Below, piece after piece: positions 36,555-51,500 of a stretch of 64,000 nt of DNA (its first letter is position 1; each line of letters opens with the position of its first letter). Under the pieces are notes generated by a model, which saw only the letters and a list, made by a program, of their open reading frames with translations, was not told the origin of the DNA and searched no databases. The stretch comes from Perna viridis (taxonomy: Eukaryota). The stretch covers positions 16,182,001 through 16,246,000 of the forward strand of contig CM074522.1 in NCBI GenBank assembly GCA_037379345.1. The letters are read 5' to 3'. The position numbers were made by a program, and so were the translations under genes.

Positions 36555-39500
36555 GTAAGCATTTGTTTTATTTTATGATTTATGTACTTTTTCAAATTGT
36601 CAATTTTCTATTTCTGTGTTGTGCGCCTTTATGACAACTTGTTAGTTTTTTTTTATTTTAATACTATTCATTTCAATTAGCTTTCATAGAATGAACAATA
36701 TCGCTGAACGTACTTTGCAATGGGGGAAAAGGGGAAATGGGTGAAAGTTACTTAAGAGAGACGTGGTGAAGACAAATAGCCTCAGGATTAACTTATTTTG
36801 AAATCCAAATTTACGTAATTTTCTGAACTTGCATTTTGATCTAATCTATTATTGGAAACTGCAAAAGAAGTTCTTTAATTCAGTGGAAATTTGTTCACAA
36901 TGCAAAACATTAGCTACGCAGTTTTAACGACTCCACCGATTTCGCGTTGCATTTTGTCGTTGTTAAAAGTTCAATGAAGATGTCATTTCTTTTTTACACA
37001 ATAAAATTAGGAGCGAAATTTTCCTCAATATATAACGGATGTGGTCGTACCATGTCAACGAGACTGAAGAGTTGGTGTTGTTTGTGTTTTAGTCGTTTAG
37101 ATGCCTACAAAATATTTAGACTGTTTCCTCAATCGAACCGGTCAAAACCGAATTACAAATGTTTTAAAAAAACCGGAAACCTGTCTGCATGTTCAGAAAC
37201 TTGACAATACCAGCTATGTTCTAAAATCACTTTTACTACATGTGTATCAGTTTTGGTGGTTACCCAGAATGATTCAAGCAAACATCTGCTTAAACGAACT
37301 TTATGAACATTTTAATTCATACTTGTATCGTGATTGGAATTGGTTTAAGGAAATTATACTGTTGGAACCGCCGTTTCCGGTAGAATATATGCATATATGT
37401 ACATTTTTTGTGTTAAACATCGGATTTTCCTAATATGAACAACAAATCTGAAAATCAGTAAAATATTATAAGATCGTTCGCTTAAAGGAATATAGATCGT
37501 CAATGATGTTAACAATGTTCATGCATTTTACTTTTATGGGGATAGGTAAATTTGACCCTATCCCCTTCCATAAAAATCAAATGGTAGTTCCCTTAAATCT
37601 TGATTTTGCAAACATTTTAGACGGTGGGGATTTGACGTTCACAGAGTATTTTTTAAAACTTGAACAAGTATGTTTTCTCAGCTATTTGTTCATAGAAGCA
37701 CGATATATATTGAGTTTTTTTTTTAATTTGTATTTCTTTAATTGATTTATTGTCATCGTTCATTTGAATCCGAATAACTCCTTGATCTGTCTTGTAACTC
37801 TATAGCTCGATCTCTTTGATATCAATGATGATGTCAGGAGTTTTTCACGCTTAAAGTTTAAATTTAGATATCTTAAAAGATAGTCTCGTCTAGATAAAGT
37901 GTTAAACTAGATCGATTTCAATCTATTGAAATAATCAGTCTTTTGTGAATTAACCTTTTCATCTTACATGTACCAGCCTCCAAAAAGTCGTGGTGGAAGA
38001 AATCTTATCATGGTTTTGTGCAACGAGTTAAAGAACTGAAGCAAAATATTTTCATGACTTGAACTTATTACTGTAACAGTTTCAGCTCCCATCGGCCCTC
38101 AAAATTAATTATCAAACGATATCGCCTATTTCATCGATTTGATCGAAGAAAAAAACATTTTACGTTTTTGCTGAAATCTTCTGATTTTGAATTGATCCTT
38201 AATTTGAAAATAGTTCTTTAAAAAATCTGGAGTGCTTGGACATACTTTGCGTTTTTACACAAGCGACGAAGAACGCCCCCCCCCCAAAAAAAAAAAAATA
38301 AAATAAAATAAAATAAAAAATAAAAATAAAAAAGGGAGAAAATACGCTTTTCTTGTCCTTCCGATAATTAGGGGCTACTAATGTGGTGAATTTAGTCAAG
38401 AAGACTGATCTTATATGAACATATCATATTCATACCTAAAGAGCTTTACACTACTACAATATTCGAGTTTATTAAAATAGCCTGTTCGTTATGCTCGCTA
38501 TCTTTCAACACGAAAGCGATGTACGGTGTATCAACGTAGATATCTCGTATATCATACCCCACGCGCCATATGACAGTTTTTTCTTGTACTGACGATAAAA
38601 TTTGTAACTTTTTACAAGTTTTTATCTCACTTATCTCGTTCATTTTACTAAATACAACTTTTTTCTTTAATCATTAATCTACTGTACTGGTACTTGGCAA
38701 GAAAAGTATCCATCAAGACTTCACCGAACATTGTACAGATTCTAGCAGGCTACCTGTCGCCATTTTCACTGTTGGCGCGCGGACTTTGCCGCCAAATTTC
38801 TTATCTTCTGATGTACGTCAAGGCATCGCTTGAGACATTCATTCAGTAACCAACATTCTAATTGGATAGTAATATATCAATGTACAATTTATCATATTTT
38901 TCCTATTGTATTTTTCTTGTTGCTTTGATTACCGACATCAATAAAAATGTCAAGTCTGCAAAATTGCATGATGGAGATATTTCAATGATGTTGGCATTGT
39001 GTGTAACAGCATGCTAAGCATAACTGGAGTTTACTACATGCGTTCCAAAATTAAAGGAATTCAAACGATAAATATGTAGCATTGCTTGCTATATGTCATT
39101 CTAGAGGAAACATTTTAAGAGACAGGCGCGCTTGGTTTTGCCACAACGCTTTCATTCTGTAAAAATAAAAACTCTGTAAAAGGTGACAATTTCTCCTTAT
39201 TGTTTTATTCAAGTGGCTTATTCAGGAGTGGGAATATGGGCTTGGAACATTCTCTACCATGAGCAAATTATATGCTAGAATTCTCATTTCTATATACAAA
39301 TATTCATGGAACAGCGTCTGTATTCCTTGAGCGTTTCAACGGTATTTACTTGTTCTTTGCGTCAGCAAGTACTCTAGATTATACTGTATAAAATACAATG
39401 ATATAAGTATATTAATTTGATTTTTGTTTTGCTTGTAAAAATGTAATAGAAGCATTCAAAATGAATGCTATTCAACAAAAAATATTTATTCTTCTCGGTT

Positions 39501-42500
39501 CACATTTTGAACTTCAAATGTCTGCATGCCCCTTAAATTTAAATTTTAAAAGTTAAAAAAAAAAAGAAACAAAACGAAACAAAAAAAAAAAAAAAAACAC
39601 ACACAAAAAAAAACACACAAAATGTTGCCACTGTCACAGCAGCTATCATTGAAGTTCCCCAACTTCCGGTATTTCTACAATGAATATCGATGCAGACAAA
39701 GATTTTTTTAGTATATACTAATGACTTCCAATTTGAACTCACACCTCTTAATCAGTTATTTAGAAGTCTTTGGCGTCGTTAGTCTTTTTCTATAACACAA
39801 TGAGACCCGAAACCTGTTGTTAGTATGTCTACAAAAAGTTAATTTCTACCAAGAGCACACCACGCCCAATTTTCATCAAAATGTGAACTAATTATAACAG
39901 ATTATATGGCGGTGTTAGTTTTGACGCCCTTTTCTGTAAAATAAAAATAAAAGCCTTGTCTTGTGTGAGGTCTATTCCACTCGAGACTGTATTCCATTCT
40001 TAATAGCATCGAAAATCAAATGAGATCAGACTACTCGTGACCTAGTGCGTAATTAAATGGCTCTTATACAACACTCTAATCATTTTGAATGTATACATAT
40101 TATTTGAAATATCAAAAGGTCAATGTTCTAAAGCGTCATCCAATTCTTTAAAATACATCTATAATTTTGAAATTTGAGGCTTAGAAATTTTAATATTTTA
40201 ATCTTTTATACACTGTCATTAATGTATCTTGATGCTGATCCCGAACGGTTGCAAGGGGTTGGCACCCCCTATTTGATTGAAAAATTTCTCATTTTCGTGT
40301 GTAAAATTGACAAAAATGGCGAATATGTACTAGCACCCCTTTTTCCTGAGTAACCCCGATGGACCCCTCTTCTAAAGTGTCTGGATCCGCCCCGGTGCTG
40401 ACTATATTTTGAATATGATAATCAAATAATAAGGTTAGAGGTCATCATTCCCACTCAATGAGGCTATATATGAAAATCCTACATAGATTCTAGTGTAGAA
40501 TAATAAGTACACTTTTTGTCCCCATTTAAGTCGAGAACGCAATTTTATTGTTCTCATATTGAGAAATATCGGGCAATAATACTCATAATATCCGTAAATG
40601 ACTTTAAATGAGTGCATGATTGCGATTTTTTTTTTTAAGTCAGTTGTATTTCCGCAATAGTTGCAATCAATATTTCTTTGTCTATTTGTGCAAAGCTTAA
40701 CCGGAAGTTGTTTCTTTTATGATAACGTAAATTATAAACCAAATATTGTAAAAAAAATCATTGAACAACTGTTCAAATAAAACAAAACAAGCATTGTTGC
40801 AATATTGGAAAAAGTCTTTCTTGGAGTCGTTCTTTTAAAGTTTAGCCAACAATCCGCAAATTTTTTAGCATGTACATTAGAATGAGAGTGTAGAGCCTAG
40901 GACTAGGATTGTTTTTTTTTCAAACTGAGCCTTTGAAATAGGTAAAAATGCTCAACCTTGATTTTTGATTTAGCAGAATGTTTTATCTACCTCAATTTCG
41001 GTAATTTGCCACATAATCGCAGTGAAAATCGAGTGATTCCTCTCCAATTAGCTCAGTTGCACACGTTTTCAGCATTACACTGGCGATGGCCTCTCATGTA
41101 AATATTAGACTTCACAACAAGAGGACCACCTCAGTTGTCTCGGAACCTAGCTTGTTAGTGCGGGAGGTTGTGGGTTCGATGCACGGTCGAGACTTATGAA
41201 TGGTCAGTTATTGCTTCTACCCTGCCCGCGGTATGTTTTAGAGATAGTGACGACTTGTTGGCTTGGAGTCGGAATAATATGTCCGAGTGTATTGATATGC
41301 CTACCTGCATGCGGACTGTTGCTTCTGTGAACTATAGTGCAATTAGAGTATGGCTAGTACATTGCAGGGTCTGTTCGACTGCTAAAACGTTATCGTCCTC
41401 AAATGCATAAAATATCTACCACAAGACGTTAAATCACAATCAATCAAATAATCAAAACAAGAGCGTGCTTTAACTCAACTCGCGGAAAACATTTCGGGAG
41501 AACTAATAATCTGCTTTATATTGTAAACTTGAAGCCTATTTCTTCCAAACTTAATTCGCCTTATTATTAACGATGTAAGACCGAATTGTATGCTTATTTA
41601 GAAGAAGAGGTCATTTAGGTATACATTGAGTAGACAAGTGTACAATGGTAACGTCTTCACCGTTCCTTTGCCTATTCATCAATTTCAGGCTTAATAATCC
41701 TTGACTCGAAGTGGAACGACCAAATATATAAGAAATGCTATTATTGAAAGAAGCAATTACGACCTTTTTAAAACTGTTTGAAGTAAACAACATGTTCAAG
41801 TGTAATATATGTTGGGGTTTCAAAAGGTCGGTTCATTCAGTTTGAAGAGCAAATTGTAAAGTAAAAACAATTCACGTCATAAATATTTGTAACAACTGTT
41901 GTATTCTTGAAGACAACCCGGTTCTTTTCACGATGCAATTTATACATAAGTAAAAGCTTTCTCCGGATAATCCGTTACTGTTCATTTCGATACATTCTAA
42001 GTATAGTTGTTTTATTTTGAACTTTTTGGTATTTGTAAAGAGTAATCAAGGGAACCAAGGTTATAGTGGTAATCAAAGAATAACCAAGGGAGCCAAGGTT
42101 ATAGCGGTAATCGAAGAATAATCAAAGGGACTAAGGTTATAGCGGTAATCAAAGAGTAATCAAGGGAACCAAAATTCTAGCGGTAATCAAAAGAATGTAA
42201 TCCGGGGACAAAGAATAGACATGGAAAACAGTCATGCATAACAAAGAACATAAAGTAACTAAAATCATACATACAAAGTAACAAAAGCAAATGAGCAACT
42301 CGGACTCCACTAAAAACTGGGAGCATGGACCAGGTACACCGGTAGGGTAAGCGCCCTATGCTTTTCTAGAAACACCCGCCGAGTTGCTTATAGAAAGTAA
42401 AGTCCGGGGTAGGCTTCAAATCTAAGTGCCCTTTCAGATTTGAAATAATTTGTTTCATAATTACATAATTATATTTCAAGATTAAACATAAAACTTTTGA

Positions 42501-45500
42501 CATACATGTAAGTAGAGTTTTAGGTGCAGGGTATCGTTTTACAAAGCTTACTTAAGACTTACGTGCACGTAAGTCCCATTGAGTATGTAAGCTTTGTGAG
42601 TTATTTGTGAAACGACGCGAGCAATCCTAAGAAAGACGTATCATTAACGCAGATTGCATTCTGTAATAAAATTTAAAAAAAAAAAAAAACTTCCATGTTT
42701 AATTGACTGTGACTCCATAAATATTCTTGTCAAAATATTACTTATTAAAACAAATAATTTGAAATTAAGCAAGTATCACATAACTTAACCATAAAAATGA
42801 AATATTTAATGCTCAAATAAGATTAATTTATATAATTAGTGAGAGCAAATTAATACGAATGTTTATCAATAATTGTATTAAAGCCTTCTTCGATCAATTC
42901 ATTCGGTGCATGTCTTACAATTTTCATTGCAGTAAAATAATTAATTTATGGTTTTAGCAACATCGTTGTAAAAGCTATATCATGAGAATATTAGAATCGA
43001 AATAAATCACGGAAACTCCATTTTATCATTGTTTGACCATAGACCCGTGGTCGAACAATAATAAAATGGAGTTTCCGTGATCTTTTTCAATTCTAATAGG
43101 ACAAGTTTCTTCGTATTTTTGAATAAGCGCAGCCTAAGAGTTGCACGATATGTTAGTCATGTGTTTATCACTTTTCACCAAGGTTGTGGTCTAATGAGCT
43201 TGGAGCACTTCATATTAGAATTAAGTTTTTACCTCCATAGTTCATTCGTAATTTTATTTTTTCAGAAAATGGAATGATTTCTTTCTATTTTTATGATTAT
43301 GGTAAAAAAATCGAACTTTGTGGCAATACATAACCAACAAGAATATGCACAAAACGGAAACGTGAAGACAGCAAGCAAAGTCATGGGAAAAAAAATAAGA
43401 GCAAGCTCCAAGCAGCGGCAGACACTCGTTTCATCTCTTACTAAAGTGAATTTCGAACGTCAAACGCTTTTCGGAGCTTGAAATAAGTAGTAGTTGTATA
43501 CCAAGAAACGAAAAAAGAATTCTGTAAGTTGTCTTTTGGAAATCAAAGAAATCGCTACAATTTACGTTGCGATTATTTGTCGTCGCGAATTCAGCAAAAA
43601 TAAAATTGTTTTCTGCACTGTAAGATTAGCGACCATGTTAACTGAGAAATATATGAAAAAAACAGGATATTTTACACGCTAACTAAGTAAGACAAGTTCA
43701 AAGATATGTGCATGTTCATTACCCCTGCCATACCAGGTGAGATTTTGGCGTACGCTAAAGATTAAAACATTTAAAGATGTGATTCGAGTAGTTCGTATAA
43801 ACAAACGGATAATAAAAAACACACACACAAGGGAGGAGGTATACTCAGACAAGTATTGTTTTAAACAAAATCGTATTTATGTATTGTTTTCCAATAGATA
43901 AAAGTATTCATAGAATATACATACTCTGATTTATGTATATATATAATGGCAATTTTGTAGAGGGATTCAAGTTTTGCTACTAATCGGAGGCGCCTAGTTG
44001 AATCACCGCGGCAATGGTTCAATACTGGGAGAAAACCATTATGTATCTGTCAAAAGTCCAAGCTGTGGCCAGAGAGGATACACTTAATGCAAGAAAAATG
44101 TAAAATTATAGAATGTCTTAAAAATTAACATCAATTTTTTGTATGTTAAATGCCGAAGTCTCACCCAATTCTGACTCGGGAACTTCGATGGCTCCACCAT
44201 TCAGAGCTCGTGCATAACCTTTTCTAAAGTCCTGGCGACGGGACATTAACATTATTGATTGCCGAGTGGAACAAGGCTCAAAATTTCGGGTGATAATTTT
44301 TCGAAAAAAACACGATTTTCTGCAAAAGTAAATATTGTTCCAATTTTTAGGAGAGTTGAGCGTCTCATCCAATCCCCTCTAAATCCACCACTGCTGGTGA
44401 CACAAGAGTAATAACTTTTTCATTTTACATAAAATGAAATTTAATTTAAGTTGTTATATCATTTGGGGGGCAATATAGATATAATATCGGACAATTTTAG
44501 AACAATTTCTGACAATTCTACTCCTCAGATAGTTACTATCAATTACATGTATATCCAAAAATATTTCTGGTAACTGATAGGCTATAAAATATCAGACAAT
44601 TAACGCCAGAATAGTTTCTGATAAGAACTTTCCCTGGATCAGATTCCACTGTAAAAAGGTTGAATACAGATCATGCAGTGACGAATCCAGAGGAGGGATT
44701 GAAACACCCCTTTGTTTGGAGTTTTTTAATTAAAATTAGGACAATATTGAGTAAATGTAAACTTGGAACCCTTTTTTATATAAATTTCTGGATCGGACAG
44801 CTTACTTTGATATATTTTTGGATGAACCCCTGTCATGCGCATTACTGTATACAATTATTATCTAGGACGACTTTGAAATTACGACATTAATTTACTCATC
44901 GACTTACAACAGCGATTGACTATGTACTAAATCAATGCATCGATCTAGCTTACTAACCCAAATAAAGAGATTATCAAGAATATCAGATTTCCGCATTCTC
45001 TTTGATTGCAAGGAAACGGTGATTGCCAAGGCCTTGACTCTGTTTAGAATGAAAAGAATTTGCAAATCATTCTGACAGTGATACGATGAGAGTAACACAA
45101 GAAAGAACTGGACTACGTGAACTGGACCGCTGTTCTAAATTGTTTTTGGTTTTTGGACGTATTAGAAAATTCTAAAATTTAAATTGAATGTATAGTAATT
45201 GCCATCCATAATTTTCTTTGATGTTTGAAGCGTATGTTTTTATAGCTGGTAACATGTGTAATTGGCTATAAAAATTGCAAATCGTGGCACAACCTACAAT
45301 CGAAGACAGCATGGACTTCAACGACCTATAGATAATTTTCTCCGCATATCTATAACCGCTTCCTGATCTACTATGTATCACTCGCTTGCTTAAAGTTTGT
45401 TTGTTTGTTTGTTGGGGTTTAACATCCGAGCAGCAATATTTCAGCTATTTTCAGACAATGAACATGAAATGGATGATAAAATGAACATGAAATGATAAAA

Positions 45501-48500
45501 AAAGGATGGGTCACAAGGATAATAGAGTCGACAAATTTTGATTGCCACTGGAAAAAGGGGGATGGGTACGGTCGGGCAATTTAGCCTCCTGTGGCGGAGC
45601 GCAAAGGTTCCTACTCCTATCGAAGACCACAGCAGGGTTCTTTAACGTGCGAGGAACGTGGCATTTTTCCCAACACGGTGCACCACTATGGTTTGCGGTC
45701 AGGTTTTCCGTATTATAGCCTGACAACCCCAGCATGTAACATGCCAGGGGTACCCCATTCCACCACCTGGGGCACACATCCCAGTTGCTCTGTGGGCAGA
45801 GCGCCTAGCCCCCGGCTAGGTTTCTGAGCACTATTTAGTCGCCTTTTACGACAAGCTTAGCGCTGCTGCAGGCCTATTCTTTTGACACCCGGACCTGCAC
45901 GGGGCGTTTGCTTAAAGACTCTGTTATAAACAATAGGGGAAAATCCCATGGCATGAGTACAACTCAACACTAATCCGCGAAGCTACTTCCTTTGTACTGT
46001 ACTTTTTTGGATAAAGAGGTGGGGTTAGGTACTGAAGTTAGCTTTGAAATAGCGAAAATGCCATCTCTGCCGGAGATATATGTTGCAAGGCGATGTACAT
46101 TATTTTCAAAAGGACAACCCCTTTATTTATTTACTTTTGTAAGGTACATTTACTAAACAAAATGCTTCAGGATAATTACATACAAATTATAAAGTAAATA
46201 GAAAAAACATATTTTTTCAAAACCTTTGGACGTCCGTGATTTATCCTTTTTGACGGATTTCTAAAAAAACTTCCCTACTGATTACGAATGATGTAATAAT
46301 TGTAAAACTACGTAAAATAACATAAAAAAATAGGATGTCGAGCCTCGCACGTAACACGTGAACAAATGTAAGAAACAAAATTCTTCGAAAAATATTTCAT
46401 AATAATTACATGCTTTAGGGTCAAGCAATATAATGAACGCTGGATACCTATGTTTTGAACGAAAATTTTGTTTCGTCATTTTTGTTTTCCACGTCTTCAA
46501 CTTTGATCTGTAACTAAATTGGTGCGACAAGGTGAATGATCAAAATCTTTATCCATTTTCCGTATTTTTTCTTTTCCGATTTTTATTGAATTTATTTTGC
46601 ACTTTCCGCGGCTAGTAGTCTTTTGGAATTTCGTTATGACCGATTGCTATATATGTAGTATATTGTATTTCTGTGCGAGTGAGAGGAGCTCTTTTATTAG
46701 CAGAGGACGCAGTCCTCAGAATAGTATTCAGTGCATGATAGAAGCACTGAGAGTCTGATTTCAGTCTCACAGAATGTTATGTCTTGTCGGAAATTTCCAT
46801 GCAGAGCAAGATGGTTTCATATCTTCTTCGTTTCAATTTATTCTGGTCTTCAATATTTGCTTAAATTTAGAGACTTTTTTCGTATCCTATATGCCATGAG
46901 AGTAAGCATTTCTGGCTGAATGGCTCTAGCCAGAAAGTACTTATTACAAATACCGGTCTCATTCATAAGCGACAAGAAGCATCAAGGGTTTAGAAGAGTT
47001 CGATGCGGTAGAACGAAATGCGTGAGGCACAGTTTGTATATGGACCGGACGTTTGCACAAAACCTACCATCTTCGTGAAGACAAATTCTACCATTCCAAA
47101 TATCTGTGCAAAATTAACTCATGACTGGATCAGAAAAAATAAGGATTTTAGAATACACTTTTAATTTGTAATGAAATTGTTTTAAATGTTTTGCAAGGTT
47201 GCTGCCTTCAACATGCATGTAATATCGGGTATCACAATTTTGATCTTCGCCCGGTTGCTCCCATTTCACCATTTAAAAAAACAAATATAGTGATTTACCT
47301 GCAGTTTGTCTGAATGTACCATTTGACCTCTTTTACAATCGGAAGCAGATATAAATATTTAGATTTTTTTCTTTATAGTGTGTTGTTTGCAGAAATTCAC
47401 GAACAGGAAGAAAAGTTCATTTTCCGGAATTGTAATGTTCATCCCATCACATTTAAAAAAATCGTACTATCAAGTAAAAGTTATTAATGAGTTAGACAGG
47501 AAATGCACATGGTTAGGAAAGGAAATAATCGTTATGTTTCAAATTCTTTATTTTACGCTCAATTCATTTTGAAAAAAATAAAAATATACAGAACCCGATT
47601 AATCGGAACACCGTGCACTCGATTTGTCGGCTAAGATTTTTTTGCCTTAACGTAGAGGTTATTATCTGACGAAGAACAAACTTGTGAGACCGAGAGTAGA
47701 TTTTTTTGTCACCCATTTACACGGCGTTCCTCTTGCAGTATTGGATGGGTCTGTGCTACAGACTTATCCAAGTGCTATATATATATTACTCCTTTATAAT
47801 TTTGTAATTAAGTTCACCAAAAGACCTTTTGTTATTAACCTTGACCAAATTATAGGACGTAATTTTATACAGGAATTACTGAAGGACTACTTTATTTTTT
47901 GAATAACGGAAATGTAAATACAAGGTTTAAAAACATGTTATCTTCCGGTTTTCTACAAGTACATAGACCCCCTAGCATTCCATTAACTTCGTCAAACAAA
48001 GGATGTGTCACGGAACGCAATATTAATACATGCAGTACAAACAGATGATAGCACAATTTGCGTGTAGCAACCTATAACCATCTATACACAGGAAGTTAAT
48101 TAAAAGCCATTAGCCAATCGGAGCCATTGTTACAAACTCAAACAATGGTCCGTTAAATCTGCAATCATTTTTCAAATCGACAAGAACAATGGCTGCTGTC
48201 AAAACGTAAACAAATTATGTTGCTACAAAGTACACTCGATTATTCGTTTGATTTAAATCGCAATTTTCAGGGTCACGGAAGTGTTTGATCGCAATCACTT
48301 AACTGGTAGATTATTTTATAATCAACACAATCGGGTACACCCAAGATTTCTGTTATTGTTCGGAAGAAAAAGATAAAAATCTTTATTTGGTGAATAACCG
48401 TTTAAACACAAGGGATTAGGTGTTGGATATCACAAGTTGAAAGAAACGAAGAATAAATGTGAAACAATTCGAATAAAAATTAAAAGAACTCTTGAACTTC

Positions 48501-51500
48501 TACAGTAACTTGTTTCGGATAATTATATTACTAGTATAAATGATAAATTATCTCCTCCGCAGAGGGTTCGATTCGCAAAATCAAAGCTTTTAGCCCTCTT
48601 GCAGAGCACACAGACTAACAGTTAAGTAAAAGCAGTTATAGATTTGTGGAGGACTCTGCTGACTGACGATAAGACTCACTCTCTTTGAAATTGCTGCTAG
48701 TAGAATAATTTATTACTGCTTAAAGTTCTATGATTCAAGTCCCACCATATGATCAATTCATACATGTAGCTATTCCTTATGTCATACACATGAATGCAAA
48801 TGGTGGCTTTAAGATACGATTACATGTAACTATACTACAAACGCGATGACTTGTCATTCCGTATCGTCAAATTTCCTTATGGCGTATGGAGTTTTCATAT
48901 GACAACTCGGACATTATGCCAGTGCTTGCCAAAACTGCGCGGACATTTTGTACCGTGCTAGACTTCTTATAATTAGGCTTCTGACAGGGTAATGTTACTT
49001 CAAGATTAAAGTCATCACTATACAAATCTTTTCTGGTCGTCATTATGAATTCGTGGATCGTTATCATGGTGTATCTATCAGCACCTTTAGAATCTATTTG
49101 TTCATCATGTCATAGTTTTACTTTCTTCTTTCGTCGAACCCGGACGAGACATTTTACTCATACTCTTCCGGTGCACCTGGTCCTAGATCCGAATTTTTTG
49201 CTCATTTACTTTGTTGTTTTGGTTTTTTATGTTTTATATTGTGTCTGTCTGTTTCCTCTGACTAGTCTCATTGGAATATAATCTTTTGATTATCGCTCGA
49301 TATTTCGTTCCCTTTGATTATTCTTTAACGACACTTCTGATATTTTTGTAAAGGTTCAAATACTTGTTCAAATTGTAACTAGTTTATGACACCAATCTCC
49401 TTCGGATTTTGAATATTGCTCACGACTCTTTTGATTCTACATGTATGATTACTTCGCAGTTTTGTTTGTAATTATTTGATTACTAGCACTTTACTATTAT
49501 AATTTATTTGCAAAAGTATATTACATCTAGAACAGGATATGATTACTAAAGAAAATACGTGTACTTTCTGATTACCAAAATACAGTTCAGAAAGAATATA
49601 CCATGACTTATCACTGACGTGGTGGTACACCACTCTCTTAGTGGTAACCCACAATTTTTGTTATCCAAATAGATAGTTCCCAATAATTTTGATATTTTGA
49701 ATAGCAGCAGCCCTTTTCACAAAAAATCGTAAGAGTAAAACTAGTAAGTTGTGATGTCACAATACTTGACTCTATTTTGACATCATAACTTACGACTAAT
49801 TTTACACTTACGACTTTTTGTGAAAAGGACCGCAGGTTATGCCCAACATCTTAAAAACAAAATGTAAGAAATCTTTAGAAATAACAATGTTATTGACCAC
49901 CACTCTAAGAGTGGTGTTTCACTATGTTGGTGATGAGCGACGGTATGTCTCTTTCTATACCATAAATATGTAATAAATATTTGATTTTATTAGTAGCATA
50001 TTGGTTATATTTTATTTCATGTATTACCTCCATATAAAGGTAATCCATTCTTGTGGCTTCAAATTTTCTCTTCTGCTTGGACGACAGAATGGACGTATAG
50101 GTCACTATTTTATTAATTTCGTCGCATGAATCGAAACTTAAAGATACATTATATAAGATCACTTACTTCATTACATCAGAATTTGAGTGTCGAAATAATT
50201 TTAATATTTATTTCATTTTCCTAGCAGGAAGCAATGTCACGCTTTCAAAATCTGAAAATGCTTTTGGTTTCAAACTTAAATTCTTAATTCAAATTTTAAA
50301 TTTTTAAGCACGACGACGTTCTCGTTATTTTTTTTTTAAGTTAATGCGAATATGTTCACAACAAATACTGCAAGACACTTTCTTACTTTCAATTTAATTT
50401 GATAGGTATTATGTGATACTCTCCGAAAAGTTGAGTGTCCGTCCCTCCTTGTGTCGACGCTCTCCCGATGATAGCCTGAGAACGGATTACTTTTTGTAAA
50501 CTTTGCACAGTTGTTCAGTTGTTAAGTACAATAAAATACAGATTAGGTTCAATTTTCAGAAAAAAAATTAAAAATGTAGTTTTCGAGTTTCGAATTTCGA
50601 AAATTTTGCCTTTCTCCTTTTTTCCACCATTACGAGGCGGGGTTTGACTTAATGTTCCATTAATGCCATATTTGTTTAATTTCGAATTGTAAATTCTCCA
50701 TTTATTCTTCTAATCTATATAATTTTCATTTCAAAAATCAATTTTAATTGTCCTGTTTGTAAAAAACTTCATTGATAAAATGATATCCCTCATTATATAC
50801 TAACAAATTTGTTTGAATAACCAGTTTTGTGCAACCATCCAAACCGTAGGTAATATAAAATGTGTAATATTGCAGAACTGTTCGTAATTCTCCGAATTCC
50901 ATCAAATATTTCTAAATCCTTGACCCTTATAGAAATAATTAAGGTATATTAACATTAATTGCCATTGCGCGATCTACAAATCATAAAAAAATAATAACTT
51001 TATTAATGGAGTCAGCTGCAAACCTAACACGTGGCGAGATTATACTGATATTTGTAATAACGGGGCAATTGCAAAAAAGATCAGCACGTGATGTTACCTC
51101 TTCAAACAGTGGAGGATCCTGAAATTTAGAAAAGAGGCCTTGTTGTCAAGCGGGGGGGGGAGGGTTTCAAGTGATTTTCAGTTTTTCTATAGACTATTAA
51201 TCAGACTTTTTGATCATATAGGAGAGGCTTCCCCCTTTTGGACCCGCTCATCGTATATATGTTTGGCTAAGGTTTTAGCTTATTAAGGTTAGAGGTCAAA
51301 GTAGAATGGTAATCGGCAGGTGGTACAATTCTTACACAGTATATTCGTATTAGTTTATTCGCTATTTCAAAGATTTACACCTCATTTACACTCAGTGCTA
51401 AACCCCGCCGTTTTATGCAAATTAGTACAGTACAACGGAAGTAGTTCGACTGTACCAAAGCTTATTTAAGGTACAAAAATCATAGTAAAAATTACATCAT

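Noticed and set aside
45511-45827. Overlapping 88-aa and 78-aa ORFs
   Set aside because: Both lie inside the GC-rich SINE-like element and are open by composition.
46731-47100. CpG-rich stretch with Cys/His-containing short frames (possible THAP or transposase remnant)
   Set aside because: No continuous frame, splice sites or convincing motif spacing.
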